Assembly (NCBI RefSeq): GCF_006345805.1
Contig: NC_042997.1
Location: 114,700,001 to 114,764,000 of the forward strand
Direction of reading: 5' to 3'
From: Octopus sinensis
Lineage: Eukaryota
DNA: 64,000 nt
Below, piece by piece: positions 54,722 through 64,000 of this stretch (the first letter of the stretch is position 1; each line of letters opens with the position of its first letter). The translations under genes were made by a program, and so were the position numbers. Under the pieces are notes generated by a model. That model was given only the letters and a program-made list of their open reading frames with translations, was not told where the DNA came from and ran no database searches.

Positions 54722-55400
54722 ATATATGTACATAAACATCTTCATCATCATCGTTTAACGTCCGATTTCCGCGCTAGCATGGGTTGGACGATTTGGCTGA
54801 GGTCTGGCCAACCAGATGGCTGCACCAGACTCCAATCTGATCTGGTAGACTTTCTACAGCTGGATGCCCTTCCTAACGCCAACCACTCCGAGAGTGTAGT
54901 GGGTGCTTTTACGTGCCACCAGCACGAGGGCCAGTTTGGTGGTACTGGCAACGGCGACGCTTAAATGGTGCTTTTTATGTACCACCTTCACAGGAGCCAG
55001 TCCAGCGGCACATATATACATATTAATTGTATCTCAGAGATACCACCATGCTAGATATAGCAGCCAAAAGTTGACTCTAAAACCACATTAAGATGTTCAT
55101 ACAGCACCAGGAGAGAAGAGAAACAGACAAAATAACTAGAATAATAATTATTGGATAATTCAAGAGCCCAGATTCTGGCTCTGCATAAGAAATGCTTTGA
55201 CTCCATCACTGGAATATATGCAAATAGTACATGAATGTATGTATATGAATATATATATATGTATTATATATATATATGTATATATATATATTATATATAT
55301 ATAATATATATATAATATATATATAAATATAAATCCTTAAAATCCTTAAAAATGTTTTAGCCCGAAGGCCGCGGCCATGCTGGGGCTATATATATGTATG

Positions 55401-55461
<61 letters not shown>

Positions 55462-55481
55462 TATATTTATTTTATAGAAGG

Positions 55482-55532
55482 AGCTTCTACAGGACTAGAA
55501 CTGTTTCATTCAAATGAAATCATCAGGAAGCT
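55482..55532 (-). ncRNA. Type I hammerhead ribozyme, inverted copy
   Basis: Exact reverse complement of 57589-57639. Confidence 0.8.
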
Positions 55533-55901
55533 TGCTGTTAAAATAAGTTCTGGCATTTATACATTTAGGCAGATTTAATGGGGTGGGGGTAGGGGACGTT
55601 TTTTGGGTAAGCAGGGCACAAACTGTCTTTCTTAGGGGAGTGGTCAAAAGAATCAGTGATAAAGTAAATAAATGAATAAATAGAATAATTGACTAGAGTT
55701 TTAGGTAAATTAGAAGACTATCACTTTTAGTCAGTTTGTTGTTGTTGTTATTAAGTGGAGGGAAGAAGAAGATATGTATACATAAAAGAACATATAAAAT
55801 AAATATACATACATACAAGTGCGAATATCCATACACATACATATACATATGCCCATGTATATACATACAGACACACAACATACATATAAATACACTAGCC
55901 C

Positions 55902-55948
<47 letters not shown>

Positions 55949-55966
55949 CTATATATATATATATAT

Positions 55967-56000
<34 letters not shown>

Positions 56001-56252
56001 TATCTATATATATATATATAGATATATATACACAATACATACATACACATACATACATATACACATATATACATACCATATATAGACAAATACACATACA
56101 CATACATGCAAACACACGCACACCTATGTCTACACATATATATATAAATATACACACACACACATATATATTTTTTTTTTTCTTTCTTCTCTCCTTATCT
56201 TCCTCCTTTATTTTATTTTTATTTTCCCTTGACCGTCTTCAAAATCATAAAA

Positions 56253-57026
56253 GGGCTGAAATAAGTGACCTTGTGGGCCTTTTCATCCTCCATAGGCTGA
56301 AGACCGTATTCACAGGCCTCTCCGGTGGTCTCTACCGCGATGATGGCCTTTTTGCCCTCCACAAAATAAACCCCAGGACCACGGATGGGTTCCGGAAAAA
56401 CCTTTACACTTTTTTTAAAAACTTAGGCCTTAGGATTACCTTAGATTCGAACTCAACCAAAGCTAACTTCCTTGACGTTACCCTCGATTTAAAAACCTCC
56501 CTTTATTACCCGTACCATAAACCAAATGAATCCCTTAGATACATATACATTTATTCTAACCACCCCAAAAATATATTAGACAACCTAGTGAAAAGTGTCT
56601 CCATTAGAATATCTAGCCTTTCTGCCACCGAAGATATCTTTAATGCCGCAGCCCCCTATTACAACGCGGCCCTGGCCCGCAGTGGCTTTAAAGATAAGAT
56701 CACCTACATTAGCATAGCCCCACGCCAACCCAGGAAAAATAGGCGAAGACACATTAGCTGGTACAACCCCCCCCCCCTTCAACCGTGAAGTTTCAACACC
56801 TGTAGCTAAAATTTTCTTCACTCTCCTACAAAAACACTTCCCCACCCAACATAAGTACTATACAATCCTTAATAAGAACACCATTAGACTCTCCTACTCC
56901 ACCACACCCAATCTAGCCAGGAACCTAGCCAACAATAACGTAAAAAAACTTAATAAATCTACTTTTTCCGAAGCCCATCCAACATCCGACAGCAATTGCA
57001 ACTGCCCTGATAAGACTATTTGCCCC
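56253..57026 (+). pseudogene. PLE reverse transcriptase fragment (GLYRDDG, NFLDVTLDL, SNHP, WYNPP, CNC..CP)
   Basis: Open apart from one frameshift in the C11 run (56767-56777); continues FNREVSTPVAKIF...SYSTTPN...CNCPDKTICP; truncated at both ends. Confidence 0.92.
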
Positions 57027-57588
57027 AAGACGGTCAAGGGAAAATAAAAATAAAAATAAAATAAGGGAGGAAGATGAGGAGAGAAGAAAGAAAAATATAT
57101 ATATATATGTGTGTGTGTATGGGTGTGTATATTTATATATATATGTGTAGACATAGGTGTGCGTGTGTTTGCGTGTTTGCATGTATGTGTATGTGTATTT
57201 GTATATATATGTGCTAGTGTATTTATATGTATGTTGTGTGTCTGTATGTATATACATGGGCATATGTATATGTATGTGTATGGATGTTCGCACGTGTATG
57301 TATGTGGGTTTGTATGTATATTTATTTTATATGTTCTTTTATGTATACATATCTTCTTCTTCCCTCCACTTAATAACAACAACAAACTGACTAAAAGCGA
57401 TAGTCTTCTAATTTACCTAAAACTCTAGTCAATTATTCTATTTATTCTTTTATTTACTTTATCACTGATTCTTTTGACCACTCCCCTAAGAAAGACAGTT
57501 TGTGCCCTGCTTACCCAAAAAACGTCCCCTACCCCCACCCCATTAAATCTGCCTAAATGTATAAATGCCAGAACTTATTTTGACAGCA

Positions 57589-57639
57589 AGCTTCCTGATG
57601 ATTTCATTTGAATGAAACAGTTCTAGTCCTGTAGAAGCT
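57589..57639 (+). ncRNA. Type I hammerhead ribozyme in the 3' pseudo-LTR
   Basis: AGCTTC-CTGATGA-tTTCatttGAAt-GAA-ACAG-ttctagtc-CTGT-A^GAAGCT: 6-bp stem I, intact core, 4-bp stem III and a GUA cleavage triplet. Confidence 0.8.
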
Positions 57640-58489
57640 CCTTCTATAAAATAAATTTACTCTTTTATGTATTGAGTACCTTATTTACTGTGCTTAACCC
57701 CGACTCAACCCGGGACCTACATATATATGAATATATATATATATGAATATATGTATGTATGAGTAGGAGTGGTTGTGTGGTAAGTTGCTTGCTTACCAAC
57801 CACATGGTTCCGGGTTCAGTCTCACTGCGTGGCACCTTGGGCAAGTGTCTTCTACTATAGCCTTGGGCCGATCAAAGCCTTGTGAGTGGATTTGGTAGAC
57901 GGAAACTGAAAGATGCCCGTTGTGTATATGTATATATATATATATGAATTTATGTATGTAAATATATGAATATGTATGTATATATTGATACTTATGTATG
58001 CCCCATGCTAGTAGGGTGCTAAGAGCACCATCCGAGCATGATCGTTGCCAGAGCGGCTAACTGACTTCCGTGCCAGTGGCATGTAGGAGACACCATTCGA
58101 GCGGGATCGTTACTAGCATCGCCTTACTGGCACCTGTGCTGTTGGCATGTGTAAAAAGGATTCAAGCGAGGTCATTGCCAGTACTGCCTGACTGGCCCCT
58201 GTGCCGGTGGCACGTAAAAGCACCCACTACACCCACAGAGTGGTTGGTGTTAGGAAGGGCATCTAGCTGTAGAAACTCTTCCAGATCAAGACTGGAGCCT
58301 GGTGCAGCCATCTCGTTCGCCTGCCCACAGTCAAACCGTCCAACCCATGCTAGCATGGAAAGCGGACGTTAAACGATGATGATGATATATATATATATTA
58401 CCAGCATGGCACGAAAGTGCAGACCACTGGCTGGATGGATCCTGAGAACTTTGATAACCAGAGATAAGGAAACCATGATGGTCCTCAGC

Positions 58490-59793
58490 CGCCTGGTAAT
58501 GTGTAATGGTGTCTGTTTCTGTGTACGTTTGGGGTTACTTTAACTCCTCCCACACCATTCAACTGATTTTAATGATTTTTGGCACATATGTAGATCACAT
58601 GCCCTGAAGTTCAAATAAGGCAGGAATTTTTCGAAAACTCGTTCATGCTCAGTTGGCATTAATTTTTCTGAGCTCAATTGGGCGTATGAATGGACATTCC
58701 CACAACAATGTTATTTTTCCTACAGCTTTTGCATTTTTGTCTGATTTTAATGAAAATCAATGAGCAAGTGAGGCTCATGGCAGAGAGTTGATGTCAGTAT
58801 ATGGCATTGAGAAAAAATTGATAAATGCGCCTGAGCAGTGGTTTTATAAAATCAATAAGCCTTTTGCATGCAAATATCAACAGGGATTTTATTTTTGGCT
58901 GTAACTTTTATATGTTTTATCTGATTTTAATGAAATTTTGGTAAATTTTGGGTTGGGGAGAGTGTAAAGGTGTTTATTTAATTCAAAAGGGCTTGAAAAG
59001 GGCACAAATGAAAATAAGCATTTCCTTAGAGACATTTTTATCGATCTTGTAGAAATTTTATACGTGATTGCAGTTCATGTCCATTAGTTGATGCCAGCAT
59101 GAAGAGTTGAGAAAAAATTGATAATTGTGCCTGAATGGGGGATTTTAAGAAATGAATAGGCTTTTTGTATGCAATTACCCACAGGATTAATATTTTATGC
59201 TGTAAATTTTACAGAATTTATCTAATTTTGATGAAATTTGACATATAGGTAAAGTTTATGGTCGGAGTCATGTATTAGAATTAAAATTAAATTGGTGAAA
59301 GGCAGAAATCATCAAAATTCACTCACAATAAAATAATGAACTGATTTTGAAGAAAATTGACACATGTATAAAATTAAGCACTTCGACATATGAAACATTG
59401 AATATTCATATAATATATTGGGATTTAAAAGTCAATATTTTCATGTAAATGATCACATGGATTCTATTTAATGACATAACCTTAACACTTTTCTATGGAT
59501 TTTGATGAGATTGGACATGCTGATCAATTTTATACAGAGGGTGGCATTAAGGGGAGAGAAATAAACAAACATCAACTCTCAACGGGTCGAGGTACACCCA
59601 AAAGTTTGACTGTGATTTCAGCTGGTCCAGTATGTAGGAATATGTCGAGAGTGTTAACCGGGTAAAATTCCTGCTGAACCAGATATAATATCTTAATGGG
59701 TAATAGTTGGCACGGAGAACATAGAAGATTTCAATACAAAGTGGGTTTAACTTCAACATGGAAAACACGAGCAACACCAGGTCCAACAGCTAG
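58490..59793 (+). mobile_element. Non-autonomous Helitron-like element with internal degenerate repeats
   Basis: Recurring ctgattttaatgaaattt units and a 3' end cgagcaacaccaggtccaacagCTAG|T. Confidence 0.6.
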
Positions 59794-59820
59794 TACATAC
59801 ATACATTTTATATATATATA

Positions 59821-60117
59821 TTGATAAAAATGGTAAGACAACAAAAGAATGAAAGAGACCTCGATATTGTGTAAATAGAGGAATTTATCTGTAAATGTAA
59901 TATGTGACAATTATTCGGTAGCCATGATAAAACTCCGAGTTTCAGATGCCGAGGTGGAAATCCATGCTGCCATCTCTTCAGTTATCCAGTCATCAGAAAA
60001 AAACTTTTTTCCGATGGCTGGCTAACTGAAGAGATGGCGGTGTGGTTTTCCACCTTGGCATCCGAAACTCGGAGTTTTATCATGGCTACCGAATAATTGT
60101 CACATATTACATTTACA
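59821..60117. mobile_element. PLE-type foldback: 228-bp palindrome (59890-60117) with a hammerhead-like core in each arm, plus a tail ending in (TA)n
   Basis: Arms of ~113 bp; cores at 60021-60081 (+) and 59926-59986 (-): CTGAAGA-GATG..CATC-yGAAACTCgGAGTT^TTATC. Confidence 0.75.
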
Positions 60118-60119
60118 TT

Positions 60120-60154
<35 letters not shown>

Positions 60155-61432
60155 TTAAAGTAGAAAAGGCGAACAGTTTAACAAGACTTGACAAGGACAT
60201 TTAATTTAGCTATATATCGAAAGGTTCAGTTAGTCTCTGATAGCTGTTTCTAGTCTATCTCAGCTATTGGGCCATCACATGAAGCAAAGATTCCAAATGC
60301 TGCATATTCCATCATCAGAGATATGTTTAACATATGTAACAGTGGAAGAAAGTTTCTCAACAATGATAGTTGTTGTGGCTCGTTATATCTGAAAAATGGA
60401 GTTAGATCCTGTTAAGTCAGGTATTCCTTAGATAAATCCATGATTAGAGAGAATGGTTAAATAATAATCCATAGCAAGGGGAAATGGATTCCCTTTACCA
60501 CCTTATAATTCTGTACCTCTCTCTCTCTCTCTCTCCTCAACTCGCACTGTGTCTTTCCATCACTCTTTTGCTTTCCTCTCTCTGTTTCCCTTTTTCTACT
60601 AATTTCTTATTTTCTTTCTTGCTTTTTTATCACATTCTCATTTTATCTTCACCTTTTCTCTCCGTATGTATGAGCTACTTGTACACATAATTGAGCACCA
60701 TAAAACATATATCAGGGAAAACAACACATGTGAAACGTCAAGAAACTGGCAAGCTGGAGAGCATTATTGTTCTTAGAAGCATAGGTGTTAGTGGAAGTGC
60801 CTCCACCCAATAGTCTTATTGTAGAGGCCTGAAGGACTATGACTGCCTCAGTTCCATGTTGCTCCTATACTCTCATCAGCCCATACCTAAGTCTGCTGGA
60901 ATCCATCCCTGATGATGATGAAGAAGGCACTGGCAAAGAAAATAAAATGTATCCATAAGAACACAATTATCAGCATGCAACAAATCAGGAATAAAAGTTA
61001 TAATGGTTTTTTTTATTTAGTTTTGAAACATTTTAGATGAAGTAGTTTAGTTATTGTGCTATAGCAAAGAAAGATGGTTAGATCATAGTGTTTAAATAAA
61101 CGAGCAATCACCATCACAGTGTATGTCAGCACAGGTCTCCTATTTAACACCATTGTCCACTGGAATTGGTTCTGACCGAGCAAATGACAAAGCTACTTTA
61201 ATTAATGCTTCATTATTTTCAAAATTAATTGAAACAAAAGCAGTGTATTTCAACAGAAGTATGGTAACAAAAGCATTAAAGTTGTGTGAATTAACATTCA
61301 TTTTCCATGCTGACATGGTTTAGGCAGTTTGACAGAAGCTGGTAAGCCTACAAATCGGGTCAAGCTCCACTATCTGCTTTGGTATGGTTTTTACAATTGG
61401 ATGCTTTTCCTAATGCCAATCACTTTACATAT

Positions 61433-61723
61433 GGGCATATGGCGTAGTGGTTAAGAGCACTGGCTACTAACCACAAGATTCCGAGTTCGATTCCAGGCAG
61501 TGTGGCCTGAATAATAATAATAATAATTAATAATAATAGTATTGAAAAATACCTTAGGAATGAGAACCCAGGTTCGAAATTTCCCCAAGACACCTGATGA
61601 AGACTGAAGGATATATCAGCCGAAACATTGTGTTAACAACAAACAAGATGAGGACAAATATCTGTCAAATGTAAATAATGTAAATAATGTACATAATTCC
61701 TCATCTCTTAAATATAGAACTGT
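61433..61723 (+). mobile_element. tRNA-headed SINE-like element with an (AAT)n spacer and a minimal hammerhead in its tail
   Basis: A box TGGCGTAGTGG (61440-50), B box GAGTTCGATTCC (61483-94), hammerhead core at 61589-61634. Confidence 0.7.
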
Positions 61724-61989
61724 ATCATCCATTTTATATTTATGTTACATGTGTATAAATATGCATGTCTGTGTGTATATAATATTATTTTTAACCTAGA
61801 ATGTGTGTGTGTGTGTATCTATGGATACACATATTTGTGTATGTATATTTGTGTTATGTTTCAGTGTAGTTGTAATAGCTCAGCATCAGTGTATCTTTTC
61901 CTCAGTCAAACCGTCCAACCCATACCAGCATGGAAAGCGGACATTAAACGATGATGATGATATATTATTATTAGTTCATCTATTGTTGT

Positions 61990-62730
61990 TGATGATAACC
62001 AATAACATGAAATGGGAGAAGCAGACAGGGCAGTGTGTCCAGCTGTGACTGATCGGTCTAATGCATACTTGGAAGGTTCTGCTACAGGTCAGACTGAAGG
62101 CAGGGAATTGACTCTGGACTTGTGCAGTTTCACGTTCTCTTTTTACCCTGCAATCCTGCTCTGTTTGTAGGAGGTGCCCCCCCCCCCTGTTGGTGCAGCT
62201 TTGCCAGGAAGGGTGGTCTTGCACTTGTGTTTCCCAGGTGTCAGAGTTGATCTCAAAGGTCTTCAGTGAGGTTCTGAGTGTGTCCCTGAAGCACTTTTTC
62301 TGTCCACCTTGCATGTTTTTGCCTTCTGCCAGTTCATCGTAAAACAGTCTTTTGGGGAGTCACATATCAGGCACTCAAACAAGGTGGCCTGCCCATCTGA
62401 CTTGCACTCCCCTCAGCAGATCAGTTTGAGATAAGACCTCTGTGTCTGGGACCTTGTCTTGTCAGGTGATTTTTTTTTCAATAGCTTTCTTAGTTCATAC
62501 ATGTGGAAATGGTTTAACTTTTTGGTGTGACGTTCTCAAGCCATCTGAGTCTTGCAGGCATACAGTAACATAGGCAGTAATAATTGCCTGGTACACCTTC
62601 AGCTTGGTGGCCAGCCCAGTGCCTCTCTCCTTTCACCTTGATTCACTGAGTCACCTGTATGCTGATGAGGTACATGAACTTATCAACAGACTTCAGGGTT
62701 TCCTCTTCAACAGTGACAGCTGGTTTCACA
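61990..62730 (-). mobile_element. RTE (BovB-like) LINE 3' fragment
   Basis: TKLKVYQAII...LLYAC, QVRWAGHLV, GGQKKCFRDTLRTSLK...W...QDHPSW. Confidence 0.8.
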
Positions 62731-62759
62731 TGCACACACACTCATACACGTCTATATAA

Positions 62760-63740
62760 ATGTTTATATGCAAATACAAATGTATGCACAAATGAATAAT
62801 CATATGTGCACCTGAATAGAAGCATGCTAAATGCATAGAAGTATGTCTATTAGCATACTATTATACGCATGTAACATAGTGTATATAGAATGTTACAAGT
62901 CAATTCTTAGGTGTAGAAAACCGCAAACGCATTATAAAGATTCATCTAAATAGATATGTACATAAAATCTAGTAAATGGTTCATTAATAGAATTTCAAAA
63001 TATTCAGAGAAATAATTAGTTAAAGGAGTGTATTTATTTGAATAGACAGTTATCTATTAATGAATTGCGTGGGGTTTAGAATATTTCAGCATTTTATTAG
63101 CTTGGTGCCTACAAGAGAAGATTATTTCAGAATGTTTATTAGCTTGCTTTAGTTAAGAGAATAAAATTTCATGATTTGGAAGTGCAAAGTTAACATTTTT
63201 TTGTTCATATGTTAGTATGGTTATGCATGGAAATCAACTTCATATAACTTCCAAGAGAAGTTATATGAAGTTGATTTCCATGCATATTCAGATAGGGAGG
63301 GAATTGTTTTTCTTATTAAATGAGTGTGTGTGTGTGGGTGTTGGTTAAGTCTACTTTAAAAGGAGTTGGCAGTTAATCTGATTTGTAAAGAATAAGTTTG
63401 AGTGGTTGGGTGAATTGAGAAGCAAAGGAAACTATGGGATGTGGTGAAAATGAAGGGTTAGTATGAACTATTTCCTTACTAAGTCATTTTCCTAAGAGAG
63501 TGATCCTGTGCTTCTATTATTGCAGTTTCAGCTTTTTGAGTTGATAGCTGATATTTTTTCTATAGTTTTCTGTGGTAGAATAGATTTTTTTAATTAGAAT
63601 GTTGTGGTATATGTAATGAGGTGGACAATGTTTTTTCCAAAAGTTAAATGTTTTTGATTTGTAGGCTATATGGTGGATTATGCCAGATTATGTTTCTGTG
63701 TTGAGATCTGGGTTGTGTTGCATTCTTGTTCTATTTGATT
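62760..63740 (-). mobile_element. Old Naiad-type PLE remnant with an internal hairpin
   Basis: Minus-strand QHRNIIWHNPPYSLQIKN (~63655-63710), KC*LCTSK and NKHSEIIFSCRH (~63100-63205), matching the PLE thumb region and C-terminus. Confidence 0.65.
63222..63286. repeat. Perfect hairpin with 30-bp arms and a 5-nt loop
   Basis: tatgcatggaaatcaacttcatataacttc-caaga-gaagttatatgaagttgatttccatgcata. Confidence 0.95.
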
Positions 63741-64000
63741 TCTTTTGTGCAGTTGTTACATTAACTTGAAAAACATGTCAGGTTTGGCTACTGGCAGAGT
63801 ATCCAGCTGTAAGATCCTGCCTCAACCCCCTATCAAAATCCACACACACACATATATATGTGTGTACATGTATATATCTATTGGGTCAGTAGGAGCAAGC
63901 TTTGATTTTTTTTTTTTTCTTTTTTGAAGAAAGCTGCTGTGACATTAGTTCAGTCATATCAGCCAGATTGTGTCATTGAGCCAATGTATTTATTGAACAT

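Larger units (their letters stand above)
55465..57720 (+). mobile_element. Penelope-like element (Naiad-type): RT fragment between inverted pseudo-LTRs, inserted in (TA)n
   Basis: Arms 55465-56239 and 57027-57656 are reverse complements; unique 3' tail 57657-57720; AT microsatellite on both flanks. Confidence 0.9.

Noticed and set aside
55736-56252. N-terminal half of the 350-aa ORF
   Set aside because: It is a translation of the inverted pseudo-LTR and TA/CA microsatellite; only the part from 56253 is RT.
60877-60929. Exon-like segment on the minus strand (ttttctttgccag ... gtatgg)
   Set aside because: Splice signals are plausible, but there is no ANKRD11/12 similarity and its in-exon ATG frame ends in a phase incompatible with the 15525 exon. 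It could be a UTR exon, but this is unsupported.
61433-61505. tRNA gene (ACT at the anticodon position)
   Set aside because: The acceptor stem is imperfect, there is no T-run terminator, and it runs straight into a repeat body; treated as a SINE head.

Overview
AT-rich, repeat-dense eukaryotic DNA. The SINE repertoire and (TA)n/(CA)n microsatellites suggest an octopus or related cephalopod; this is an inference. The only host gene I can support is an ANKRD11/ANKRD12-family ankyrin-repeat co-regulator on the minus strand. It has six phase-compatible exons between 15525 and 1683 and continues beyond the window start. The rest is intronic or intergenic mobile DNA: at least four SINE families, RTE, CR1-like and Hero/R2-group LINE remnants, mariner/Tc1, hAT-like and piggyBac-like MITEs, and Helitron remnants, plus a 100-N gap. 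The most notable structure is a set of Penelope-like (Naiad-type) retroelement pieces, mostly beside (TA)n tracts, with hammerhead-ribozyme cores. These include an RT fragment between ~630-775 bp inverted pseudo-LTRs with a hammerhead in each arm, a 228-bp foldback with two hammerhead-like cores, and a tRNA-headed SINE-like element with a minimal hammerhead in its tail. All calls come from reading the sequence by eye; no searches were run.
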